Shown here piece by piece: positions 13,911 to 27,160 of a stretch of 64,000 bases of DNA; within the stretch, counting starts at the first letter, position 1, and every line of letters starts with the position of its first letter. Both the position numbers and the translations under genes were made by a program. Under the pieces are notes generated by a model, which saw nothing but the letters and a program-made list of their open reading frames with translations, did not search any database and had not been told where the DNA came from. This DNA comes from Chrysomallon squamiferum (Eukaryota > Animalia > Mollusca). The stretch lies in the NCBI GenBank assembly GCA_012295275.1, contig CM022679.1:15562001-15626000 (forward strand). Reading direction: 5' to 3'.

Positions 13911-14181
13911 TTCAAAAGGAAGCGTAAAACGATAGCTAGGAGAACAAGGGTCGTTTCCAGGTAGTCGATAGGGGGAGGGTGTGCGGGGAAAACAACGCAG
14001 CTGTTAATGATATTTATTTATTTGAAATAATGTATACTGATGTCTCGCAATATGATCATTAATACTTAAAATAAAATAAAACGAGGAAAGTAAACGTGGA
14101 AATACGGAGATATTGCAGATTAATAAAGTAAGATATTCAAGAAGGTCTCAAAAGAAGAGATGTTAAATATTCATTGTTTTT

Positions 14182-14194
14182 AGGTCAGAGGTCA
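14182..14194 (+). promoter_or_regulatory. Nuclear receptor DR1 element AGGTCAGAGGTCA
   Basis: Perfect AGGTCA-N-AGGTCA. Confidence 0.35.
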
Positions 14195-14337
14195 TAGATC
14201 AACAGATTTGCCAGGTCGGTATTAATAGTTAAGTTGCTCGGGTCACAGGAATTAAAAAAAGAAGAGAAAAAAAAAAAGAGGTTAAAATGAATTAAATAAA
14301 TAAATAACTGAATAAAAATAAAAATAAAAATAAAAAT

Positions 14338-14650
14338 TACAATACAATACAATACAATACAATAAAATAAAATAAAATAAAATAAAATAAAATAAAATAA
14401 AATAAAATAAAATAAAATTTATCAAATACGAAATCTGGAATCAAAGGTTAAGTTTATATTATTATTTTTTTCTCTTTAACTTGTTTAAACCAACAAAAAA
14501 AATAGATAAGCCATTGTATGGACTGATAAAAAGATAAATAATAAATAATAATAATAAAAAATTAAATGAATAAATAAATAAATAAAATAAATTAAAATAA
14601 ATTAAATTTAACTAAACTAAACTAAACTAAACTAAACTAAACTAAACTAA
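14338..14650. repeat. Pentanucleotide tracts (AATAC)n(AATAA)n and (ACTAA)n in an A-rich region
   Basis: Directly visible at 14338-14417 and 14620-14650. Confidence 0.9.
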
Positions 14651-15381
14651 CCTAAAATAAAATAAACAAACTAAAACTCCTGAAACTAAAACTACAAAAT
14701 TTATAAAAGAAAAAAAAAAAAAAAAAAAAAAAAAAAATGATACCTTTTTCATATATGTTAAATTTAGAATGCTATAACGTCTGTCTGGGTTATCTCGCGA
14801 GCTCTCCCCCCACCCCCACCACGTTATCTCGGCAGATGCCGCCACTGACAGAAAACGATTATCTATCACTGGAGTGAGAAAGAAAGAAAAAATGTTTTCT
14901 AATTTTCTTGTCAAGCTCGCTTTTTAGGTTATCTGGACTTTACGATCTTTTCACTGCTAACCAAAAAGCAATTAAAAAGCCAAGATTTCTAAAACCAGAA
15001 TTTTTTTTCACGGCCTCATAAACTTTAGTTTTATTATATCATGTTTGTTTTGTTAGGCTCTGAAGTTTTTGTAATACTTCTGCTCTTCTGATATCGAACA
15101 GTTTGCTGCTTTTCTTCTCACCATTCTGCTGGAACAGGGATTTTATAGCTAGGTATAGCGTGTCGTTTAATCAATTTTTAATCAGTTTTAAATTTAAAAA
15201 AAAAAAAATAATAATAATAATAAAATATATATATATATATATATATTAGTAATAATAATAATAAAAAATAAATAAATAAAATAGAATATATATATATATA
15301 TATATATGACTCGAAAATTCCGTGTTTAATGGTTATTGTATTTTTTATGTCGTAAGTTCTGAGTTCGCCTCCAGCAGCCGG

Positions 15382-15414
<33 letters not shown>

Positions 15415-15799
15415 TTATTATTGTTTTTCGTGTAATGGTTAGTAATTTTATATAGCAACAACAATAATCACAACTATAATGATAATTATGATAAAATGAT
15501 CATGTCAATGGCGATGTCGATGAAAATGATGATTAAAATGATTTTAAATATCATAATGATGGTGATCACGATGCTGGAAAAGATGGATGATGATAAAGTA
15601 ATAATAACGATGCAGCAGCTGCTGATAATAATAATAATAATAATAACAATAATAATAATAATAATAACAATAACAATAATAATAATGACAATGACCACAA
15701 CGATCACAATATTGATAAAAATTTTAAAAAATACATATAAAAGACAAATTCTTCTTCTTTCTTCTCTTTTATCTTCACAGAAAAATTTGACGAAGAGTT

Positions 15800-16140
15800 A
15801 ATGAACCGTGGATCTGTCTCCGCGTGACAGTCGTGGCCGTGGCATTCAGCGAGAGACGCGGCCAGGTAAACGGATAGCTGGCTCACCTGTGTCTGCAGCT
15901 GAACCACTCTGCCACGGTGCTGTGCGCGGCCATTACTCGCCCTGCTAGCTGGCTGTACGCGGGGCGGTGGCTCCGCATCAAACGTCAGTCTGTCATTAGT
16001 CTGACCGGCCAAGCTTGTCCGCAACAGCGAGCGTAACGTCAGCGCCGATGTCAATGTTTGCTCGCCTCGACACCATTCAGCCTGTCAACAGCCGACCATT
16101 CCCCAGTGCTTCCCTGCTGGCGCCGAAACCACTCAGTGAA
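15800..16140. promoter_or_regulatory. GC/CpG-rich island; candidate promoter, enhancer or first exon
   Basis: Among the most GC-rich stretches in the window; GC box GGGGCGG (15961), E-boxes CACCTG and CAGCTG, minus-strand donor CAG|GTGAGC at 15887. Confidence 0.5.
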
Positions 16141-16554
16141 ATGTAAAGACTAAAAGAAACGAGATCATTTTAAATTTATGAAAATGACTCCCTTGTTCGA
16201 GATTTTTAGTTTTTAGGTTTTTTTTTTTTTTTGATTTTTTTAAATTGAATCTGTTTTATTACTCGGATGCCATCGATTAATACCTTTGTAAACTTACATT
16301 ATAAGCATTAATATGCTTTGTAGTTTAAACCATTCATTTTTTTTTTTTTTTTTTTTTTTTATTTTTATATATATATATACTGATTTTAAGTACATATATA
16401 TTTTATGGAGAGAAAAAATATCTAATAATTGCAGATTATATATATTGTATAAAATTTACATTATAAACATTAATATGCTTTGTATTTTAAATTATATATA
16501 TGCATAGTGTATAGAGAGAATAAATATCTAATAACTGCTGATTATATATGTGTA

Positions 16555-16594
<40 letters not shown>

Positions 16595-17915
16595 AATTAT
16601 ATTTTTGGTCAAATAAATAAATAGATAAATAGATAAGTAAATAAATAAATAAATCGGAATGTAAATGGACCGACCCATCTTATATTTTAACCTCTCGTGT
16701 TCAGTTTATACTTCAGATTCTGAAAGAAGCTGGAAATATAGAATAAAGTTATTTCAATTTTTTTGTTTATTGTTATTCATTCCAGTACTAGTGTTAATTA
16801 TTTTACTATCGCTGTTATCTCTGCACAGGCGTTTTCAAAAACAAAATCAGAAATGACTGAAATTTCAGCTAGAAGCCCTTGCACGCACATACGCATATAA
16901 ACACGCTGATCATTCAAAAATCAGGCAGCTGATTTTTTTATTTCAGACTCGTTGAAATTACCTCCAAATTTATACACATTATATTCTTTGGTACATATTT
17001 TTCACTCGTTAAAGAAACATTCTGTTCCTTTTTTTTTTTTTTTTTTTTTTGTCTCGAATCTCCTCACAACACACTCTGGCGTCAGTGTAACCACATCATG
17101 CAACTTACAAAGTGATATCTTCTTTTTTTCAGTATAGATTTCCACAAATATTGATAGCTTGTCGAAACAAATGGGACGCCGTGTACGCTGCAGTTTCCAG
17201 TGAGATGACAAGTTAATTAAGACGGGCGAAACGGCCACGTCGTTCTTTTCGTGATGAAATCGACGGCAGCATCGCGTGACGACTCGCTCCACTGCAACGT
17301 TCGCTCTGCCGTTCTTCCAGCAGCGTTTTCCTGTAAAGAAAAATATTTTAAGGAAAAATCAATCAAAATCTGACGTGGAAGAAATGGGCGTTGGACAGTT
17401 ATTTCCACAATAAAAACACGAGAACCAGATTTTCAATACGCGTTTCTTATTCAAACGACGAAATATCTGGGCTCAGTCGTTAAAAACCATACAAGCTGGA
17501 TGCCAAACAATTGTAGTAATATTTTCAATCTGTTCTGATATTTCTACATTTGTTAGATTAGAGGTACCTTGATAATACAAGCTGAGTGGTAAATCATCTT
17601 GTTGAAAATGGTTTGGAATGTGACAAGAATCTTATTGTCATTCAGTAAACGACCAAGTTCTCCATAAGCTTGGATTGTGAGCAAGAAATATATACTTTCC
17701 CCCAGTATCGGGTATTGGAAAGAAAGATAAAGAAAGAAACTTATGTCAGAATTATGAATATCATCGTGGTAAATAAAGAGACAGAGTGACCTAAATAGAA
17801 CGTTATTTTGAGAGAGTGGAATAAAAGCTTGATGAAAAAGATTTTGAGAAACACAACATAAGAAAGAAAAAGAAAGAAACAAAAATATGGAGAGGCAGAG
17901 AAAGACAGTGAAAGA

Positions 17916-18198
<283 letters not shown>

Positions 18199-18836
18199 TA
18201 ATTAACCTACTGATAGAATGCATACAACATTAAGTAACAATTTATTTTCGAACCTCCCCAAAATCCACTTTAGTTAGGAAAGCTTTGTCATTCCCACTTC
18301 GATTTTTATTTTTTTAGTATGACATCATCATAAATTAAGATAAAAAAAACTCCAACAAATTATCAAAGCTTTTTACACACTGGTATACAGGAATCCTTGA
18401 AAGCCTTTCATCTTGCTCTCTAGAGGATTGTAAAAATAATACAAATGGAAACTGTAATGCAATACGAAGCATGCGACAAAGTTTAAATTGACGAAAAGGT
18501 TACGGACGGGCTAATTTGAAATGTCTCTGACCGGAAAACAAGACTATCGTATCACAGGTATTAAATAAAAAAAAGAGAGTAAAGTTACGGATGGTAGTTT
18601 GAAATTAGTTCGACACATCTAGGCTTGTTATCAGGAGCGACAGTGGGGTGAGGATAATGAGATTAATGGAAATTTAAATGGCAATCCGCGGTCACGGGTC
18701 TTCTGTGTTGGCTCCTCCCAGCTTAACATTTTGTCTGTGTTGGGGAAACTTCGAGTCGTCGTAGTAGAAGTGGTAACCAGAGAGTTGAAGGTGATTCACA
18801 AAGACGAGGAATACGTTTGTATTTACGTTCTACGGC

Positions 18837-18878
18837 GTGAGATCGTAACCAGAGTGAGATCGTACCCAGCGTGAGATC
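18837..18878. repeat. 17-bp-period direct repeat GTGAGATCGTA(A/C)CCAG x2.5
   Basis: GTGAGATC starts at 18837, 18854 and 18871. Confidence 0.9.
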
Positions 18879-19784
18879 ATTAAGTCTGGATAGTTTTTTC
18901 TCTCTGTCTCAGCTGACTGGTGTCAGTGTTGATGTTGACAACTGTCTGGGAATCCAGACGTTGACACCAGCCAGTGTCGATTGCGGTGACAAAAGAAGAG
19001 GATTGGGAACCTGTCCGCGTGTCTGTCCATCTGTCTCTCAGTCTGTGCTTTGTACTGCTGTACCTTACATTCTTTGATATTCGTTCATTTCATGTTTGAC
19101 TACAAGTATATAGCTACTGATTGCCCACCTTTACACTGATTTCTAGAATCATAGGATATTTCTTGTCCACAATCTGAATTCATCATCTTAATCACAACGA
19201 TATTATTATTATTTTGTTAACTGTGGCATACATATTTATTACACTTTCAAGCTGATAGAAATATATTTAAAAAAAAAAATAATAAATAAAATAAAATAAA
19301 ATAAAATAAAATAAAATAAAATAAATAAATAGATAAACAAACAAAAACAAAAAATTGATGAAATTGTAGCGGAAGAAGAACCAAGTATCAAATTTGAAAT
19401 CTCAACGGAAATTATATTTTTAGTAAGCGTCAAAGTCAAGAACAAATATTGCAAAAAGTTCGGGTAATAATCAGGAAAGTGATTCATTTTCACGGAAACG
19501 TCAGCTTAAAATCTACTCTAATATAAAATAACTAAACTCTTAAGTGTTTCAGAATTGATCTAACGCAGAACAACATTTGGATAAGAGGCAATAAAAGCAA
19601 GGACAGTTAACTAACAAAGTGAGAAATGATTATCTAAAACATTAATTACTTTTTGTCCGGAAGCTTTGCAAAATTAAATATATTGAAAAAAAAAAAAAAA
19701 AAAAGAAAAAAAAGACAAAACAAAAACAAACAAACAAACAAACAAAAAACAATAAATAAATAAATAAATAAATAAAAATTAAAT

Positions 19785-19815
<31 letters not shown>

Positions 19816-21189
19816 GTAATAAAACTGAGATGTTGGAAGTAATTTTGCTGTTATTAATTATTTAGTGTTTTCTTGTTGTTTAAAAATGTATTTATTTATT
19901 TATTTATTTATTTATTTATGTATTTGTTTGTTTGTTTATTCATTCATTCATTCATTCGTTTTTGGACTATTTCTCAAATTACTTATAGTATAACTACATG
20001 TAATAACTACAGCAACCACTATAACGAAAACACAACACCACCACAACTCCAACTACAACCATTATTATTGTCCGGCTAGTATGACAGTTTCTACTACGAC
20101 AGTTATATTATAGAAACTAAACGTAACGTAACTTTTAAGTTCTAAATAAATAAATAAATACATTTACAATGTAATTACCAATATATATATATATACATAC
20201 ATACATAATGTGTGTGTGTGTGTGTGTGTGTATAGATATATATGCATATATCTATGTCTTTATCCATATATCTATATCTGTATCTATATCTATTCCGTGA
20301 CTATGTCTGTATCACAGTATGTGTGAGTGTGTTATTAAATGCCCGAAATATAATTGTATATGACATTTTTAACTATACGTCTTACGTTAGACTGTAATAT
20401 ACGGTTATTGTTTTGACCAAGGATATTCCTACATGCAGTTCACGCCAAAGAACTAAAAACGGGCGCGACACAAACATAAAACATTGGAGATGAAATACTT
20501 GTTACGTCGTGGTTTATTGCAGAAAATAAGCAATACGTCTTTTTCGCAGCCTTCTGACGTAAAATTATTTTCTATATTATTAATAAATAATAAAAGATTA
20601 ACGTTTCTAGCAGTACGTGTGACAAAAAAAGGAATTTTTCATTTTGGCTGCCAAGACAGATGTTTGTTGTGTTTTAACGCGGTATTTGATAGCTGAGGTG
20701 TTCTGGGTTAAAGACGAATAAAACAATGTGACACCTCGGCCCACGTAGTAAATCATGGACGAAGATTTACGAGATAAATAAATAACGAATACTGTCAGAA
20801 ATATTTAAGAGCCATCATAAAGTAAGAGCGCCGGGGTAAATTATCGTATATCTAACACCTTTGAAGCTCAGAGCAGTGCAAGAAAGAAAAAAAAATAAAA
20901 AAAATGTTCCACGCCGTCTTCGCGCATAATTTAATTAGTGCTGAAGTGAGATACAGGGACAAGCCATTATGTAAAAGTCCTCTTAATAAATCTCTTTAAA
21001 TGACACAAGAATCTACGAGGATGCTGAGTCTGAACAGTTCAAAATGACTCAAGAATATGTAAAAGGAGCATGCGCGTGTCGTTTGTTGGTTCTTGTTCAT
21101 GCTCAGCATGTGTATTTTGGGAATAATCTTAACAAATGAAACTTTTTGTTTTGCTGTTTTTACTCTCCTTGCTAACTTTACACTCTTAG

Positions 21190-21204
21190 TCTACACCATA
21201 GTGG
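21190..21204 (+). CDS. Candidate 15-nt microexon of an unidentified long-intron host gene
   Basis: Reads tttttgttttgctgtttttactctccttgctaactttacactcttag|TCTACACCATAGTGG|gtaagt: pyrimidine tract, branch-point-like CTAAC, consensus donor, length a multiple of 3. Confidence 0.45.
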
Positions 21205-21756
21205 GTAAGTTCTAGTGTAAGATTTTAACCTTGGCTCGAAATTTAGTTACAAGAAAACTTTCATGTAATGAGAACTACCTGCTGAACAGTCTTCACGAAG
21301 AACTTTCCGTATTCCAGTTTTACGGTAGTTTAAAATGATGGATTTATTTTTTTATTTTTTTTTTTTAAATACTATTATAAAACAGTTTGGGAGATTATGG
21401 CAAAGTGATTTCTCAAAGCAGCATATTTCAATGAAAAAAGAGCTTTTTTAAAATTTTAATATTTGAAAAAAACAAAAACATATTTCTTTTAGAACAAGCT
21501 TTATTGTATAAATAAATTATTCATATTAACATGATGATGTATTACCTAATAAAACATCTTGTCAGTACTCTGAGGTGACAGTAATTAGTACTATTTTTAA
21601 CAGCTAATACGTGTTTGTTTTAATAATAGTGTTAGCCTTTTTCTCAGAATCTTTTAATCGTATTGTGTACTTTAATTTTTCATTTCTTAATTTGAAAAAG
21701 TTTGTCGTATTTATACACATGTATGCACCTATATAGAGAGACACATAAATTAATAG

Positions 21757-21865
<109 letters not shown>

Positions 21866-23988
21866 CTCCCAAACATACAAACAACAAACTAAACATGTTA
21901 TTCCAGTCTGTGACTTTACAATGTTAAGAATTTCAAAAGTTCACTAATGCACCTCTTGTTAAGAACAGAAAGAAAGAACGACATATCCATTCTTTAGTTA
22001 CATCAACTCTCACTTCTAAAAGTAACTATAGACATATTAAATTCGTATATATTTTTCATTGATATGTTTAAGCAGCTTTCATAAACTATTCTGTGTGTAT
22101 TCTGCTAATATAGCATTAATAATAACATATCCCAGGAGTCTGATCTGCAGATTCATCAAAGACATCCATCACTCAGCATCAGTACAGTTATGTCAATGTG
22201 ATTAGCGTTATCAGCGTTGTTATTGTTAATTATACAGCTCATGTCTGGGTTTTTTTGGCTGCCGTTTTTATGTAAACAGTTACATTGTACGAATGATTCT
22301 TCATATGTTGTGGACTGCGACCTGAGTGTAAAAAAAATTCAGTCGCTCTTGTACTTTAAATTATCACTGTGTTAACATTTTCTTGTTTTTTTTTTTTTTT
22401 TTTTTTGTCTACACAATTGAACCTATATATATATATACATACACACACATGCACACTTTATTTTATTTTTTTAATATTAATCTAAACAGTGATACTTGCA
22501 TGCGTATCAACACAGTAAAATTATATGTGAATGCAAATATTCATACATATTCACAAAAGTAAAAAAACCAAACACACACACACATAGGTACACATAAACC
22601 GTTCTTATACATATATACAGACAGTGATACATCAAAATAGTGAAAAGAAGATTTTTCATACATCTGTAGGATGATGTAAAGATACAACTATAATGAACAC
22701 GCTTTATCATCTACGACATGTAAGTTATTACATTTGTTTTATTCTGCTCGTTTAACACGTTGTGGTAAGACACTTAATAAAGAAAATTGGACAGTTTTTG
22801 TTAAGGTAGAGACTGATATTGAAATTCGGTTGTGTTATAGAGGATAGAGAGTTTCAAGATGATAAATATATTTTTGTGTTATCTGAATAACAAGCAGATT
22901 AGAAGCTTTAAAAAGTCATATTTCACTTTTGATTTGTGACGTCTTCCAAGAAAAATAGGTTTGTTATTTCATCCTTTCTAGTAATTCAAGAATAACGAAG
23001 TTTAGACCATAAAAAGATGCCTCTCTATCAGTCACTGTGTCCCTCCATCCGTCCCTCCATCCATTCCTCTATTCCATTTATTCATGCATCCATCCTTGTA
23101 TGCGTACGTATATATGTATGTATGTTTGGTTTGTATGTATATATGTATGTATGTGTATATACGGCTGTCTGTCTTTATATATTTGTATATTTACACTGAA
23201 TACACTTGAAAAAACAAAACAAAAAACAAACAAACAAGCAAAAAATAACCTGTAATAACGATATCATTAAACACATTTTCTATAAAAACAAAAAATTTCA
23301 AAAACCTCATACTAATTAGTTCTGCGGCATGCCAGTAATTCAAGAGTCTTTTCAAAAGTAGATTTAGCTTTAAATTTTAATGAATCTTTGGAAAAAAAAA
23401 AAAAAATAATAATAATAATAAAACAAAGTATCGGACTGCAGAGATAAGGGTGCTAAATTATTTTCATTTGTGAAATGAACAAGTCATCAATTTCAATGAA
23501 AGGCAATCAACATGATTTGCTGCTGACGTCGATTGCTCTTTCCGTCGCGTTTTCGCGGAAGTGTAATGCATCTCGAATTATTGGCGAAATGCAAGCGTAC
23601 AGTTGCAGTGTCTGTAGGTAAACTCTTGAAAAATATCAAACTCTTCTCAAACGTTCGTGATAAAGCTTACTGTTAAATAAATTGCCACTTTGTTTCCTTT
23701 TTTTTTTTTTTTTTGGTGGTTTTTTTATTTTTATTTTTATACATATATTTTTTTTTTTTATCGTTATTATTATTAGTTTTTTGACAGTTCGTTAAAACAA
23801 CAAGATGACCCACTTGAGTCCCGGAAGGAAGAACATAACGTTTATTGAATGATTAATCTTATATTATTATTTCCAGCATCACGCAAACACGTACTCTAAT
23901 ATTAATGAGAAATAGATAAAAATGACCGTGCAAATATTGCATGAAAAAATCAAAGCAAATTTAAACATCATAATTAGGTTATAGATTA

Positions 23989-23991
<3 letters not shown>

Positions 23992-24074
<83 letters not shown>
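23992..24074. repeat. (GA)n microsatellite
   Basis: Directly visible. Confidence 0.97.
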
Positions 24075-24078
<4 letters not shown>

Positions 24079-25748
24079 TAAATGGAATAATCACTAACAC
24101 AGACTGTAATACACACACACACAAATATGCTTCCACACAGTTCGTACCCTGTCAGCCTCTACAGACACAAATACAAACTCGTACCACCCACACACAACAG
24201 ATTATTTTCATTATCTTGTCACTCTTTAGAACCTCAGCAAAACTCTAAAGTTTATCCACTTTTCAACTTTGCTCTTTTGCCATTCATTAAACACCATTCA
24301 CTAGAAGATATAGAACACATCAATACTAAGATCAGCTGTGGTCTGGTTTTAATTTTTTTTTTTTGTGTGATTGCTGCTCGATGCTGAATCGAAGTCTTCA
24401 CATGAAATTATCTCCGAATCTGAAATCCAGAGCAAGAAATATAGAACGAAAATCTAGTTCAGTTGGCCATTTACAAACCTTTCATTTAGGTCAGCAGGGA
24501 AGATACAAAACGTGGGTGAATATTTCTTATGGTCTATTAGTCTGCATCAAGCCTATCAGACAGGTAATAGTGTTTCAGCGGAGACGGTGAAATTATTAAT
24601 ATTTTTTTCCTGCTAGTTTATTTGCTTCAAGGCTTCAGGGCTGTACTGAATTACTGTAACCTTGTATGTCTCTTTGTGCTGGGTGCAAATCATCTCATAT
24701 GTGTCAATGGATGTTAGTTACAAATGGAGTTTCCTTTGCGTGGATTCGTACCTAGGTTGTGTGCCAAGGCAGCCGTACATTATGCTCTTCCGTAACAATG
24801 CTGACATGAATAGCATTACAGCAGAGGAAGATGGAGTTAGTTGTGTAATCATAAAGTGGAACAATTTATATGAAACAAAGAATAAATGCATGACTGTACA
24901 TTTCCAGCATCACCGAAATTTGATAGACTGCTGTTATGTAGTCATTGTTCAGAATTAGTCCTATAAATAGCTATTTAGTAAATCACAAGAAATAATTATT
25001 AGATAACAAATAACCATTATTCAGAAAATTTCAAGTCCCATTATTCTGAAAATAACAAGCAGGAAAAAAGAGAAAAAAGAACAACAACAAAAAAACAAAA
25101 CCCTTTTAATAGCTGTAATAAAAATCGAAAGTTAATTAGAATTTTAATTTCCACGATTTAAAATGAAACACTCTTTTCGCTTAACCATGCATTATAATAC
25201 ATAATTAAAATTATTAAATCTTTTGTAAAATGCTTTTATTCAACGTTTTAAATTTCATTTTTTATTCTTGTTTTTAAAATTATTATTGTGGGTTGTTTTT
25301 TTTTAAAGAAAAAAATGCAAAATAAATTATAATTGTTCAAAATTTTATAAATCATTTCAACTTTTTTCACAATTTCACAATACCACAGCATGACTGACCA
25401 CTTGTTACCAGTCAACCACATTTTGCTATAGCTTGCTAATTAAGCGTAGTCGACAAGAGTACCAGTCTGTCTCTCTCAACACAGGAACTAGCAGCTGCCG
25501 AGTAGCTATGCTTCGCCATCATCTCGCAGACGGTTCAAACCTTCATTAGACACGAGTGCTGCAAAATGCTCTCGCAGTCTGGGGACGTGGTAGAAGTCTA
25601 GCATTTATCATATCTTCAAGAAGCAATTTGCAAGTAATGAAGAACCATTAAAAATGATGACTGGGTTCTTTTGAAAATAGTATTGCGTTATTTGGCACTA
25701 TCACCAGACAACTGGGGCTACTCATTGACTAAACTATGGCACCAAGCG

Positions 25749-25761
25749 GTTGCCTGGTAAC
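25749..25761. promoter_or_regulatory. RFX X-box GTTGCCTGGTAAC
   Basis: Matches the X-box consensus GTNRCC-N0-3-RGYAAC. Confidence 0.4.
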
Positions 25762-26859
25762 GTATATAGTGTCTGTTAGAAAAGCTGTACTAAATATGGT
25801 TCAGAAAAAAAAAAAAAAAAAAAAAAGAAATTGGTTTTAAAAAAAATAGAACTGAATAGAATAGTCTGGATTGAAGACGATTAAATGAAATGGAAAGAAA
25901 TGTTTAAAAATATCCAATAGCTGTTTTGTTTAATCTGCAAATAATTTCTGTGACATTAAACCTTCATTAAATGAAAGAACAAAATAAAAAATGTATGTAC
26001 AATTCGATATGTGGAAGTAAATGTATATGCGTCTATATGTGTATATAAGTATGCGTGTGTGTGTGAATATGTGTGTTTGTTTGTATGATGTCCCTGTGTA
26101 TGTACGTATGTTTTCTGTATCTACGAATGTATATATGAACGTGTCTTTCTTTTTATTTTAATCTAGAAGAAATCCACCTAATGAAAAAAATATTAAACTA
26201 CATCTATATAAAACATTTGAAAAGTTCGGAGTAAAATAAACAACTAAAAACAAATAATAAATCTTTTTTCAATTTAACACATATGCACTTTATTCAATTA
26301 TGTTTCAAAATTGATAACAGCTTCAGAAATCCAGCAATTAAAATAGGCTTTAAAACAGTAGATAAAAAAAATAACAACAGAAAAGAAAAAAAAAGGAATA
26401 AAATAAAAAAGGAAAGGAAATTCGGGAGATTTTATATTGTGTTAATCTGACAGCACGCTATACTCTATGCATTTTTAGACAATAGTATCCGGTTAAATTT
26501 TGTTTTTTTAATTTTTATTTTAAAATAAAATAAATGAATTTATTTTTTCTGTAGATTATCGTCACGACATACTAAGATGGGACAAAAAACTGAAGATATC
26601 TGCCACTAATTTTTTTTTTTCATTCAGATATTTTAACTTTACGGAACATTTTATTATCATTTAGTCATCAAATAACTAAACGAATTTGCATTTGATTTCC
26701 AATTCAGGTATTATCATGATGGTAAAGTGATTTGGTGTTGCTTCAGTTGTATTGCTTCTTTGTCATCACTTTCAGTTTTTATCACTGACATCCGGCACAC
26801 TAGTTTTAAAAATGTATAGTAATCTGGTTCGTATCGGCTCAAGCATTTCCTGCAACTTT

Positions 26860-27160
26860 AAGGTTAGAATACGTAAGACGATAAAAGTCACCGGATCAAG
26901 CCTTCCATACAGCGCTCACTGAACTGTTGCCCGTTCCACCCAGTTTTCCGGAACGTACTCCGACCCTATATTGTGTTCATTCCAACGCGTTGGAAGGTTA
27001 AACAGACGATTTCTTGCTGCTAATCGATAAGATTAGCTCATGCAGTGGCGACATTAGGCTTATTTCTTAAATAATTATTTCACAAGAAACGTATGCTTGT
27101 CATCTAATAACAGTTAACAGAGTAATGTGTGTTGATGTGTCGTTAAACATTCATTCACTC
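26860..27160 (+). mobile_element. Near full-length degenerate SINE-like copy
   Basis: Contains, in order, a head-like GTCACCGGATCAAGCC, a core TTCTTGCTGCTAATC and a tail GTGTCGTTAAACATTCATTC; each part resembles other fragments in the window. Confidence 0.5.

Noticed and set aside
18872-18893. TGAGATCATT matches the 5' end of bantam
   Set aside because: It is the third copy of a local 17-bp repeat, the remainder does not match, and there is no hairpin partner
24662-24958. 98-aa non-repetitive ORF
   Set aside because: TTG start, no recognisable domain and no convincing flanking splice sites
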